A DNA stretch of 64,000 nucleotides, taken from the IMG/VR virus record IMGVR_UViG_3300033067_000181, positions 8,917-72,916 of that record, one strand, 5' to 3'. Position 1 is the first letter of the stretch. Every line of letters begins with the position of its first letter. Origin of the DNA: a virus (lineage: Duplodnaviria; Caudoviricetes). A program made the translations under genes and the position numbers. Shown here piece after piece: positions 9,754-19,958 of the stretch. The notes under the pieces are model-generated. The model had not been told where the DNA came from and did not search any database. It saw only the letters and a list, made by a program, of their open reading frames with translations.

Positions 9754-11982
9754 ATGGCTATTGGTAGAATTTCGGGCTCAATGCTTGTGTCCAACTTGGA
9801 CAGACAAGGTACTGATCTTCAGTTTACGACCAGCGGCCAGCCTTTGTATTACATGAACTTTAGTCAGTTCCATGTAGGCATTAACACAAACGTAACACCA
9901 CAGACTTTAACTATTGCTGGTAATTTAAGTACCAGCAACATTGTTATTGACGGTAACAGCATTTCGACTAAGAACGGTGAAGCTATTAGTATCGCCGGCA
10001 ATGTCAATTACGACATTGGCAATCTAAATATCGGTGGCGGTTCGGATGGATATGTAATTAGCACAAACGGAGCAGGTGCATTATCTTGGCAGAACTTTGC
10101 TACCTTAAGCAACTCACAAGGATTCTATGGTAATGCATTTGTTATGGGCACTGCGGCAGCAGGGTCGACTAGCAATGCATTAACTTTCTCTGAGACCACA
10201 TCGGTAACAGATGGTATTGCCAGTCTAAACAGATTGTTAGGTAATATCACCGATGTAGATGGCACACTAATACATGTTGCTGGCAACATAACAGCGGGCA
10301 ATGTAAATAGTCGCTTCTACGGTGACATTAATGGCAACATTATAGGCACTACAGGCACCTTTACTAGTGTTAGCGGCACCTTAACTACCGCTGCACAGCC
10401 GAACGTTACTAGTGTAGGCACATTAACAAGTTTAGCAGTTACAGGTAACGTAACAGCCGGAAACGTAATTAGTACATTCTACGGTGACCAATTTGGTAAC
10501 AGTACCGGCACTAGCGGATCATTTACAAACGTAACTGGCACCTTACAAACAGCAGCACAACCAAACGTAACCAGCTTAGGAACACTAACTGGGTTAGTGG
10601 TAACTGGTAACGTAACAGCAGGTAACGTAGCAGGTACTCAATTCAATGGCAACATTGTTGGTACAACTGGACTTTTCTCGGGCAACGTTAATACAGACAA
10701 CGTCATTGGTACCATTGGCGATTTTACTTCTGTTAACGGTACATTACAAACTGCTGCTCAACCGAATATCACAAGTGTTGGAACACTAACTGGATTGGTT
10801 GTTAACGGAAACGTTTCGGCAACACACTTAAATGGACTGTTCCACGGCAATATCATTGGTGGTACAGGCCTATTCTCGTCAAACATAACTACATCCAGCT
10901 ACGTTGCATTTGGTCCAAATGCAGACTTATTGCAAGCAGGTGTAGCAGCGTTTGTTAATGACAGTTTCGGATTTACTACTCAATACAATTCTGGTGTAGT
11001 GTTTACTAACCAGCAAGGTGCAACTACACAGGCTTTGTTCCTTGGTGATACATCGTATGGTAACAACAGCTCGTTGTTGGGCGTATCAATTAACAACACT
11101 CCGGTACTAAACTTAACTGGTACAGGTAACTTAGCAGTCACAGGTAATGTGTATGCTGACAACTTTATTGGTACACAATTTAACGGTAACGTAGTTGGTA
11201 CACTCATTGGTAACATTAGTGGAACTACTGCAACGTTTACTACCATTGATGGAACATTAACAACAGCAGCTCAACCAAATATCACAAGTGTCGGAACACT
11301 AACAAGCCTTGCAGTTACAGGTAATGTGACTGCTGGTAATGTAAACAGTACGTTCTACGGTGATGTTCACACCAACAACATCACAGGCATTAACGGCAAC
11401 TTAACTATTACTGTTCCGAGTAACAGTGTTGCAGTGTTCTCGTCTGACCAAGCAGTTAAACTACCAATTGGTGACAGCTATAACAGACCAGTTGGTGTAG
11501 CAGGTTACATTCGTTACAACACAGATACACTATCTGTTGAATACTTTGACGGCACAAGCTGGGTTCCAGTAACAAACAAAGTTACAAGTCAGTCATTTAG
11601 CGGCGACGGGGTAAACGATACATACGTGCTAACACACGATGCAAGTATTGAATCCTTGCTAGTAACCATTAACGGTACGGTGCAGCAAAGCGGAGCCTAC
11701 ACAGTCTCTGCAGGGTACATTACTTTTGCTGAAATTCCACTAGTAACTGATGCAATCAACATTCGTTACTTAGGCGGCGTAACATCGTTCAGTGGTGTTG
11801 TATCAAATGACTTAACAATACAAGGCAACTTAACGTTAAGTGGTATCTTACAAGCACCACAAACAACCAAAGCATCTAACGCTGTTGGTACTCCGGGCCA
11901 AATTTGTTGGGACGCAAACTATCTATATGTTTGCACTGCACCAAATACTTGGAAACGCAGTCCTCTAACAGGCGGCTATTAA
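9754..11982 (+). CDS. Tail fibre-like protein with repeated AAQPNITSVGTL motifs
   Basis: Four copies of TAAQPN(V/I)TS(V/L)GTLT; Gly/Thr/Asn-rich. Confidence 0.75.
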   Translation: MAIGRISGSMLVSNLDRQGTDLQFTTSGQPLYYMNFSQFHVGINTNVTPQTLTIAGNLSTSNIVIDGNSISTKNGEAISIAGNVNYDIGNLNIGGGSDGYVISTNGAGALSWQNFATLSNSQGFYGNAFVMGTAAAGSTSNALTFSETTSVTDGIASLNRLLGNITDVDGTLIHVAGNITAGNVNSRFYGDINGNIIGTTGTFTSVSGTLTTAAQPNVTSVGTLTSLAVTGNVTAGNVISTFYGDQFGNSTGTSGSFTNVTGTLQTAAQPNVTSLGTLTGLVVTGNVTAGNVAGTQFNGNIVGTTGLFSGNVNTDNVIGTIGDFTSVNGTLQTAAQPNITSVGTLTGLVVNGNVSATHLNGLFHGNIIGGTGLFSSNITTSSYVAFGPNADLLQAGVAAFVNDSFGFTTQYNSGVVFTNQQGATTQALFLGDTSYGNNSSLLGVSINNTPVLNLTGTGNLAVTGNVYADNFIGTQFNGNVVGTLIGNISGTTATFTTIDGTLTTAAQPNITSVGTLTSLAVTGNVTAGNVNSTFYGDVHTNNITGINGNLTITVPSNSVAVFSSDQAVKLPIGDSYNRPVGVAGYIRYNTDTLSVEYFDGTSWVPVTNKVTSQSFSGDGVNDTYVLTHDASIESLLVTINGTVQQSGAYTVSAGYITFAEIPLVTDAINIRYLGGVTSFSGVVSNDLTIQGNLTLSGILQAPQTTKASNAVGTPGQICWDANYLYVCTAPNTWKRSPLTGGY

Positions 11983-12060
11983 TCCCACTATTACTGAACC
12001 TTTGCCCATTTAGGCAAGGGTATCATTTTGGCTAAATATGTTAGTATTGGAGCTTTGGCG

Positions 12061-15000
12061 ATGGCCGTAACCAGAATTAAGAATAATCAGATCACAGATT
12101 CAACAATCACATACACAAAGATTGCACCTGGAACGCTGGTCGGAAGTAACTTTAACGAGAATTTAACATTAAATTCTAACTTAAGTATCGTTGGTAACTT
12201 AACAATTACAGGGGTGTCAACAACTGTAAGTTCTACTAACACATACGTTAATGATCCGTTGATTGTGTATAACAACGGATACGCAGGCAACTTGTCAAAC
12301 TATGACATTGGTATGCTAGTGAACCGCAATCTGTCGGCATTAACTGGATATGGTAACGTAAACACTGCGTGGGTATGGAGTGAAGCGGAATCGGCATTTA
12401 TTGCCATTACAACCACAGACACTGGTGCAGGCATTACCAACCTAAATAACAGTGGCTTTGCAAACGTTAAGTTAGGTAATTTAACTGCGGTAGCGGCAAC
12501 GCTCTCTGGAAAAATTACAGCAGCAGAGTTAGCTGGTTTCCATACAGGTACTGCTGATTTAAGCACAGCAGTAGTAACAAATTTTTCTTCTGGTAATGCA
12601 CAAATTACCGGGGGCAACGTACAAGGTATTCAATACCTACAAACAACAAACTTTAGTACAGCCAACGCAAGAATTAATGGCGGCGCAATTAATGCAACTC
12701 CGATTGGATCTGATACTCCGTCGGTTGGTATCTTTACTTCGGTAACAGCAAACGAGTCTGACACAATCGGTAATGCTAGTATTGGCGGCAACCTAAGTAT
12801 CAATGGTAACTTGTTTGTGGTTACTGGTAATATCACAACTGCTAATGCTGCATTTATGGTTGGTAATACCATTACCGGCTTTGGTGCAATGTATGCAGGT
12901 ATTCCGGTAGGGTATAGCATTTTGCCTCAAGTTGTTGGTCAGTTCTCTGAGAACTACAACGGCTATGCTCAGATTAATACACAGAACATTAACGCAGGCG
13001 GTGATGCAACCACTGACTATGTAGCAACAGCCGACAACGGTACTGACTCGACGTTCTATGTTAACTTGGGTATTAACAGTTCTAATTATGATCCACTAAG
13101 TCCAAACAACAGTCTAGGTACAGCAACTGGTCCAAACGATGCATACCTATACACTCAAGCAAATACATCTGCGTCAAACGGTGGTAACTTAGTTGTTGGT
13201 ACAACAACTGACCAACGCTTTATTAGATTTGTAAGTGGTGGCGGAAACATTGAGCATGTGGTAGCCACATTAGCCCAACCTGGTGTAACATCTACCTCAA
13301 CCGCATCTGGTGCCTTAGTAGTAGCAGGTGGCGTCGGTGTTGCTGGTAATGTATCGGCAACTGATTTCTACGGTAACTTGGTTGCCCCGTATGCATTAGT
13401 TACTAACTTAGCAAGTGGTAATGCTCAAATCACTGGCGGTAGCATTACTGGTATTACACTTGCTGCCACAACTTTAGTGGCAACAAACTTCAGTACAGCT
13501 AACGCTCAGATAAGTGGCGGCAATGTGCAAGACATTGGTTATTTGCAAGCCACAAACTTTAGCACAGGAAACGCAGTTATTACTGGTGGCAGTGTAACGG
13601 GCATTACTGGGCAAGCAAGCACATTCACAGCAACTAATTTCTCAACTGGTAATGCACAGATTACTGGCGGTAGTATTACTGGTATCACTGGTGCAGCATC
13701 GTACTTCACAGCAACTAATTTCTCAACTGGTAATGCACAGATTACTGGCGGTAGTATTACTGGTATCACTGGTGCAGCAACAACATTTGAAGTTGATAAC
13801 TTCAGTACAGGTAACGCACAAGTAACTGGCGGTAGTATTACTGGTATCACTGGTGCAGCAACAACATTTGAAGTTGATAACTTTAGCTCTGCCAATGCAC
13901 AAATTACCGGCGGCAATGTTCAGGGCATTAGTTACCTACAAACAACAAACTTCTCAACTGGTAATGCACAAATTACTGGTGGTAGCATCACAGGTATTAC
14001 TGGACAGGCAAGCACATTTACTGCAACCAATTTTAGTTCAGGCAACATTGTTGGTATCTTAACTGGTACTGCGTCAACTGGTAACGTTGCTTTATATGAG
14101 AACTATACTTCAACATCTACTAACGCAACTTTCTATCCAAGTTTCACAGACAACGGAACAAGTAGCAACAGTGCAGCGTATACAAACACTTCGTTAACCT
14201 TTAACCCATCGACTGGTACACTATCAACTACTTTAGTTCGTGTAACTGGTAGTGACGATTCTACTAGTTCAGCATCCGGTGCTTTAGTAGTAACAGGTGG
14301 CGCAGGCGTAGGTGGCAACTTATATGTTGGACAAAACGTTGTTGTCACTGGTAACTTAACAGTACAAGGCACAACAACTGCAATTAATTCTGCAACACTT
14401 GATGTTACTGATTTAAACATCACAGTAGCTAAAGGAGCAGTAAACAGTTCAGCCGCTAACGGCGCAGGACTAACAGTCGATGGCGCTAATGCAACCTTGT
14501 TGTATGCTGACGCCACTGATAGTTGGAATTTTAACAAACAAGTTATTGGTCAATTTACAACCAGTAACTTACAAGCAACTGGCGGAAGCATCACTAACTT
14601 TACAGGTGCAGCAAGTACACTGGTTGCTACGAACTTTAGCACAGGAAACGCACAGATCACAGGCGGTAGCATCACTAACTTTACTGGTGATGCAACCTAT
14701 CTAACTGCAACTAATTTCTCAACTGGTAATGCACAAATTACTGGCGGTAGTGTTACTGGCATTACCGGTTCTGCTAGCACCTTCACTGCAACCAACTTTA
14801 GCTCTGGTAATATTGTTGGTGTGCTGTCTGGTACTGCATCTACTGGTAACGTTGCATTGTATGAAAACTACACTGCAACCACAACCAACGGTATCTACTA
14901 TCCAAGTTTCACTGATCGTTCTACATCAGGTAATAGTGCAGCATATATCACTCCTGGTATCAACTTTAACCCAAGTACAAATACCATTAACGCTACAACG

Positions 15001-17286
15001 TTTAGCGGAACATTTAGTGGCACTGCAAGTATTACTAGCGGTTCCGTAAATGGTATTACTGGTTCTGCATCTGCGTTTAACGTTACTGATTTAACTTCAA
15101 GCAACGTTGACATTACTGGCGGCACGATTAATAACATAACCGGCACAGCTCAAATTTTTGGTGTTGCTAATTTAATTGCAACAGTGGCAAACATTCACGG
15201 TGGTAACATTTCTAATGTTGTGATTAATTCGTTCACCACTAATGCTGCTAATTTAATTTCTCCGAATGTTTTCTTAACAGGTGGCTTTGTAACCAATATA
15301 GGTTACATCTCAACCGCAACATTAAGTGCATCTAACGCACAAATAACTAGCGGTAGCATTACTGGGGTAACAAACTTAGAGTCCTTTAACTTCTCAACCG
15401 GTAATGCAGTTATCACAGGCGGAAGCGTAACTGGCATCACTGGTCAGGCTGACACGTTTACAGCAACCAACTTTAGTTCTGGTAATGCAGTTATCACAGG
15501 CGGCAGCTTAAACAGTGTTACTATCGGGCAAACAACCCCGTCACATGCACACTTTACAGAAGTGTTTGCAGAGACAGCAATTACGACAGGCAATGTAGTA
15601 ATCGATTCTAGCACACCGCTAATTAGCCCAACTAACGCAGCATTAACAGTACCAAATGGTGGTGCAGCTTTTGGTGGCAATGCATACATTGGTGGAACAC
15701 TAAACGTTGGTGCTGACTCTCTACTAACACCTTTGCAAAATACATCCATTGCTGCGGTTAACTCTGCTAGTGACTTTGCACAGGTTTACATTCTAAACAC
15801 TATATCAACTGGTTCGGGTGACTTCTCTGCGTACGGAGATAATGGATCTGACACAGGTGGTTGGGTTGACATGGGTATGACTGGTAGTGCGTTTAACGAC
15901 CCTGCTTATGAAATTACCAAGTCAAATGACGGATATGTAATTGTAAGACCACAGGCTGGGTTTGGCGGCAACTTAGTATTGGCAACCAGTGAAGCAGGAA
16001 CATATAACGATATTGTTATTGCAACTGGCGGGTTCTTGGATTCACAAGAAGTTGCACGTTTCCATGGTGACGCTAGCAATGGCGGTTACTTTGCATTAAA
16101 ACAAGGTACAGCAGCATCAAGCACAACCACTGGCGCATTACGTGTAGATGGCGGCGCTGGCATTACTGGCGATTTATACACTGGTTCAACTGTTCATGCT
16201 GCTGGTACAGTATTTGCCGAAGCAAGCACTGAAAGTTCAAGCACAACCACTGGCGCATTAGTAGTAACAGGTGGTGTGGGTGTAGGCGGAAATATTTTTG
16301 CTGCTAAGGCATTAACTGTTAACAACACCAACACCGCTGGTATGGACTTTAAAGTTAAAGGTACAAATACCGATAACTTGCTTTGGGCTAGATCCAATGG
16401 TTTGTTTGATCAAGTAATTATTGGTAACACAATATCCACTGGGTCTATTGTTAATGGCGCAAAGTTGCAGATTAACAGTAAAGACAGTATCTTACTACCA
16501 ATTGGAACGATTTCTGAACGTCCAAGTTCGAGCGGAGCAACTGATGTACCGGGTATGATCCGTTTCAACACTACCAATGACGGTGTTGAATGGTATACAG
16601 ATGGTCGCGGGTGGGTAACACCAACTAGTGAATTTACTATCATTAGTGATAACCAATTTACAGGCACAGGCTCTCAGACTAACTTCTTATTAAGTAGCCC
16701 GCAAACAACCAATAGCTGTATTGTTAGTGTTAACGGGTTGCTACAAAGCCCGGTGCTTGATTACTATGTAACTGATGCAGTTTTAACATTTACTTCTGCT
16801 CCGCCAAACGCAGCAAAGATTGACGTTCGTAGATTAACTACAACTCAAACAGTTATTGCAATCACTGACTCATCTGGTTATAACGAAGTTGCAACTGACA
16901 CAGATGGCGTAACGATTTACAGTGGAACTTCTAGTAAGGTTCCAACACTTAAAGTTGCTGCCAACGGTGCATTGGTAAGTGGGTTAGGAAACGTTGCTGT
17001 TGCTACAGCAAACGTTGAAACAGCAATTGACTCGTTTAGTAAAACAACATATCGCAGTGCGAAGTATTTGGTTCAAGCAACATCCGGTAGCTCATATCAA
17101 ACAATGGAAGCATTGGTAATACACGATGGCACTACACCAACAGTAACAACATTTGGCGTAGTATCAACAAATGGTAATTTAGGAGTTCTAACAACTGGCA
17201 TTAGTGGCAGCACATTAAGCGTAAACTTTGTGGCTGCAAATAACAATACCAATGTAAGGATAAGTAAACAATACATGTTAATTTAA
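12061..17286 (+). CDS. Giant (about 1740 aa) tail fibre-like protein (start reassigned to MAVTRIKNNQ)
   Basis: GGAG SD before ATG 12061; the track's upstream TTG start overlaps the TAAATA box; internal 27-aa repeats; STTTGALxVxGGxG fibre motifs. Confidence 0.8.
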   Translation: MAVTRIKNNQITDSTITYTKIAPGTLVGSNFNENLTLNSNLSIVGNLTITGVSTTVSSTNTYVNDPLIVYNNGYAGNLSNYDIGMLVNRNLSALTGYGNVNTAWVWSEAESAFIAITTTDTGAGITNLNNSGFANVKLGNLTAVAATLSGKITAAELAGFHTGTADLSTAVVTNFSSGNAQITGGNVQGIQYLQTTNFSTANARINGGAINATPIGSDTPSVGIFTSVTANESDTIGNASIGGNLSINGNLFVVTGNITTANAAFMVGNTITGFGAMYAGIPVGYSILPQVVGQFSENYNGYAQINTQNINAGGDATTDYVATADNGTDSTFYVNLGINSSNYDPLSPNNSLGTATGPNDAYLYTQANTSASNGGNLVVGTTTDQRFIRFVSGGGNIEHVVATLAQPGVTSTSTASGALVVAGGVGVAGNVSATDFYGNLVAPYALVTNLASGNAQITGGSITGITLAATTLVATNFSTANAQISGGNVQDIGYLQATNFSTGNAVITGGSVTGITGQASTFTATNFSTGNAQITGGSITGITGAASYFTATNFSTGNAQITGGSITGITGAATTFEVDNFSTGNAQVTGGSITGITGAATTFEVDNFSSANAQITGGNVQGISYLQTTNFSTGNAQITGGSITGITGQASTFTATNFSSGNIVGILTGTASTGNVALYENYTSTSTNATFYPSFTDNGTSSNSAAYTNTSLTFNPSTGTLSTTLVRVTGSDDSTSSASGALVVTGGAGVGGNLYVGQNVVVTGNLTVQGTTTAINSATLDVTDLNITVAKGAVNSSAANGAGLTVDGANATLLYADATDSWNFNKQVIGQFTTSNLQATGGSITNFTGAASTLVATNFSTGNAQITGGSITNFTGDATYLTATNFSTGNAQITGGSVTGITGSASTFTATNFSSGNIVGVLSGTASTGNVALYENYTATTTNGIYYPSFTDRSTSGNSAAYITPGINFNPSTNTINATTFSGTFSGTASITSGSVNGITGSASAFNVTDLTSSNVDITGGTINNITGTAQIFGVANLIATVANIHGGNISNVVINSFTTNAANLISPNVFLTGGFVTNIGYISTATLSASNAQITSGSITGVTNLESFNFSTGNAVITGGSVTGITGQADTFTATNFSSGNAVITGGSLNSVTIGQTTPSHAHFTEVFAETAITTGNVVIDSSTPLISPTNAALTVPNGGAAFGGNAYIGGTLNVGADSLLTPLQNTSIAAVNSASDFAQVYILNTISTGSGDFSAYGDNGSDTGGWVDMGMTGSAFNDPAYEITKSNDGYVIVRPQAGFGGNLVLATSEAGTYNDIVIATGGFLDSQEVARFHGDASNGGYFALKQGTAASSTTTGALRVDGGAGITGDLYTGSTVHAAGTVFAEASTESSSTTTGALVVTGGVGVGGNIFAAKALTVNNTNTAGMDFKVKGTNTDNLLWARSNGLFDQVIIGNTISTGSIVNGAKLQINSKDSILLPIGTISERPSSSGATDVPGMIRFNTTNDGVEWYTDGRGWVTPTSEFTIISDNQFTGTGSQTNFLLSSPQTTNSCIVSVNGLLQSPVLDYYVTDAVLTFTSAPPNAAKIDVRRLTTTQTVIAITDSSGYNEVATDTDGVTIYSGTSSKVPTLKVAANGALVSGLGNVAVATANVETAIDSFSKTTYRSAKYLVQATSGSSYQTMEALVIHDGTTPTVTTFGVVSTNGNLGVLTTGISGSTLSVNFVAANNNTNVRISKQYMLI
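13381..14040 (+). repeat. Intragenic array of about 81-bp (27-aa) repeats ATNFSTGNAQITGGSITGITG; further copies near 14560-14830 and 15380-15510
   Basis: gcaactaatttctcaactggtaatgcacagattactggcggtagtattactggtatcactggtgcagca starts at 13630 and 13711 (81-bp spacing). Confidence 0.9.
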
Positions 17287-17315
17287 TTTAACAGCCAACA
17301 GGGATATATGGAACT

Positions 17316-19481
17316 ATGGCTAATGGTTATTTTGTAGTCCACAATGGACTAACAGTCGGCAATGCAAACATTGCATCTTCGGGTGCAATTACCACAACAG
17401 GCAACATCAATGGATGTGTATTTGTTGCGGGTTCAACTTTAGGTGCAACTAGTACCTCAACTGGTGCTCTGCGTGTAGCAGGCGGCGCAGGGGTAGCAGG
17501 TAACGTATACACTGATGCACTATACACAACAACAGGTCTTTATTGGGCAGGCAACGCACAGTTAATTCGTGGCGGCCCAACTTCTACCACAAGTTCGACA
17601 GCACCCGGCGGTGCAACAGTAAACGACATTTGGTACGACACTTCAACTGATACCATTTACCGATATACCTTTGACGGAACTAACACTTACTGGATCGACA
17701 TCAACGGCCCAACTTTTGGATACCTAGGCGCAAATACTGCAACAGCATATGCATCTAACCTAGCAGTGCCTGGAACAGCGACTCTTGGTTCGGTTATCTC
17801 TGGAAATATTATTCCAGCAGCAAACGTTACATACGATTTAGGAACTCCGTCTCTAAGATGGAGAGAACTATACTTAAGCGGTAACACTATTCACTTAGGT
17901 GGCGCACGTATTACAACAGACACTGGAACTGGTGCGATTGCAATGGTTCCGATTCCTACACTATCAAACCCTAACCCTAAAGGGTTAGTCATTGACTCCA
18001 CTGGTGGCATTTCTCAAATTGCAACTACGGCTGGTCAGTTTACTGCAAGTGCGTTGTCATCGGTTATTACTGCTGCACAAAGCGCCGGCTCTAACTTTGC
18101 TAACATTACAGTGGCTACATCGGCAAGCGTTGGCAGATTGGTCACAACAAACGGTGTGTTCTGGGCCAACGGTACTGCATACAGTAGTGGCGCAGGTGGT
18201 GGAACAACACTGCCGTCTCAATCCGGAAACAATGGAAAATATCTAACCACTAACGGCAGCACACTAAGTTGGGCAACAGTAGCAGGTGGTGGAACAACAT
18301 TGCCCGCAAATACTAATGCTCCAGGGGTGTTGATAAACAACGGGTCTGGTACACTAAACTGGAATCTAAATCCGTATGTTAACTTATCCAACTATTCAGT
18401 AGTATTAGGGTGGCAAGCAGGCGGTGCTGGAGACGCTGGTACAAGTGTTGCAATTGGTCAATACGCCGGGTCAATGGGCCAAGGCATATCGGCGGTTGCA
18501 GTTGGCGCAGGCGCTGGCTACATGTCTCAGAGTATGAATGCTGTAGCATTGGGCCCATCTGCTGGTTTTATGAATCAAGGCACTAATGCTATTGCTATTG
18601 GTGCAAACGCTGGCGCCCAAAACCAGCCAACAAACACTATTATCCTAAACGCAACTTCAAATAACTTAAACGGTGTTAGTGGCCAGACTGATAGTTTTTA
18701 TGTTGATCCCATTCGTCAAGATAGTAGCCCTGGGACTATACTGTATTACAACCCCACTACCAAAGAAGTAAGCTATGGAGCTGCACCAAGCGGCAGCAGC
18801 AGCAGCGGTGGCGGAAGTGTGTCTTCGGCAGATCAATTCAAGTTATTAATGGGCCCAACTGGGGTGCCATTTAATAGTCAGAATGTTTCCTTTACCGGCC
18901 CTGTGGGCACCGGCAAAGTACTAGGAAGAATTTCTGCATACCCATTCAACACACTAAACGTGAGTTCCATGGTGTCTCCATTTAGTCAATTGCAGGGCCC
19001 CTACGCTGGCGCACCGGGCCCGACTGGCACATCTTATCCGTGGGCTTCGATGAACAGTGGATCGAGTATGCCAATTGATGCTATGTTTGACAACTGGAAC
19101 AATGACTCAAGCATCATGGGAGCCCAGTTATATGTATTAAACTCATCAACTGATACAAGCTCTATGACTTGTTGGTATTGCAACGTTGCAGGAAATAGCT
19201 CTGATGGAGCTATTTGGATATACAACGGCCCACAACAAGCATATGGATCTTATGTTAGTCAACCGAATTATGTATATGGCATGATTTCCGGAATGGGTGG
19301 ACCACCTGTAGACTTTACTAATTTTCAGCCAGCCCCCGGGGTCGCATTATACTATGACGCAACGTTGGGTTTGGCTGCATTTAATGCCCCAGGAAGTATA
19401 TGGGGCAATGGCGGAAGTCTTGGCACGTTACCTGGATACAGCGGAAGCTATATGATCAGCGGATTCTTTTTTGGAATGTAA
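17316..19481 (+). CDS. Tail fibre/adhesin with trimeric-autotransporter-head-like AVAIG repeats
   Basis: SVAIGQYAG, AVAVGAGAG, AVALGPSAG and AIAIGANAG repeats; MANGYFVVHNGL N-terminus. Confidence 0.7.
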   Translation: MANGYFVVHNGLTVGNANIASSGAITTTGNINGCVFVAGSTLGATSTSTGALRVAGGAGVAGNVYTDALYTTTGLYWAGNAQLIRGGPTSTTSSTAPGGATVNDIWYDTSTDTIYRYTFDGTNTYWIDINGPTFGYLGANTATAYASNLAVPGTATLGSVISGNIIPAANVTYDLGTPSLRWRELYLSGNTIHLGGARITTDTGTGAIAMVPIPTLSNPNPKGLVIDSTGGISQIATTAGQFTASALSSVITAAQSAGSNFANITVATSASVGRLVTTNGVFWANGTAYSSGAGGGTTLPSQSGNNGKYLTTNGSTLSWATVAGGGTTLPANTNAPGVLINNGSGTLNWNLNPYVNLSNYSVVLGWQAGGAGDAGTSVAIGQYAGSMGQGISAVAVGAGAGYMSQSMNAVALGPSAGFMNQGTNAIAIGANAGAQNQPTNTIILNATSNNLNGVSGQTDSFYVDPIRQDSSPGTILYYNPTTKEVSYGAAPSGSSSSGGGSVSSADQFKLLMGPTGVPFNSQNVSFTGPVGTGKVLGRISAYPFNTLNVSSMVSPFSQLQGPYAGAPGPTGTSYPWASMNSGSSMPIDAMFDNWNNDSSIMGAQLYVLNSSTDTSSMTCWYCNVAGNSSDGAIWIYNGPQQAYGSYVSQPNYVYGMISGMGGPPVDFTNFQPAPGVALYYDATLGLAAFNAPGSIWGNGGSLGTLPGYSGSYMISGFFFGM

Positions 19482-19493
19482 GGACAGCATACT

Positions 19494-19943
19494 ATGAACA
19501 AATATATTAACCCCAATGTTGTCCTTCCAACAACTGATATCTTTACAGAAGATACATTGAAACAATCTATATGGGCTGGATTTTCAGAATCAACTACATC
19601 ACAGGAATTTGTAACTGCTGGGTACGTATTAGTACAAGACACAACAGAAACACAAAATGAAGGTGATGTGCTTGTTGCAGATAAAGATCAGTCTGGAAAT
19701 GTTGTTGCATCATGGATGAGTCAAGCAGACTATACAGTAATTGTAAACAACAGACTTGCAGGAGCAGTTGCCAGAGCAAAGCGAAACAAATTGTTGGCAG
19801 AATGTGATTGGACACAGGCCAAAGATGTGCCTGATTTAACATCAAGCAAGTGGACAGAGTATAGACAAGCGTTACGTGATATTACTTCGCAAGAAGGATT
19901 TCCAACTAACATAAATTGGCCGCAGAGCCCATCTGGTAAGTAA
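19494..19943 (+). CDS. Tail fibre assembly chaperone (Phage_tail_APC-like)
   Basis: RAKRNKLLAECDWTQ..D...WTEYRQALRDIT..GFP..INWP signature; follows a fibre gene. Confidence 0.85.
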   Translation: MNKYINPNVVLPTTDIFTEDTLKQSIWAGFSESTTSQEFVTAGYVLVQDTTETQNEGDVLVADKDQSGNVVASWMSQADYTVIVNNRLAGAVARAKRNKLLAECDWTQAKDVPDLTSSKWTEYRQALRDITSQEGFPTNINWPQSPSGK

Positions 19944-19958
19944 GAATAGGATATTTAA

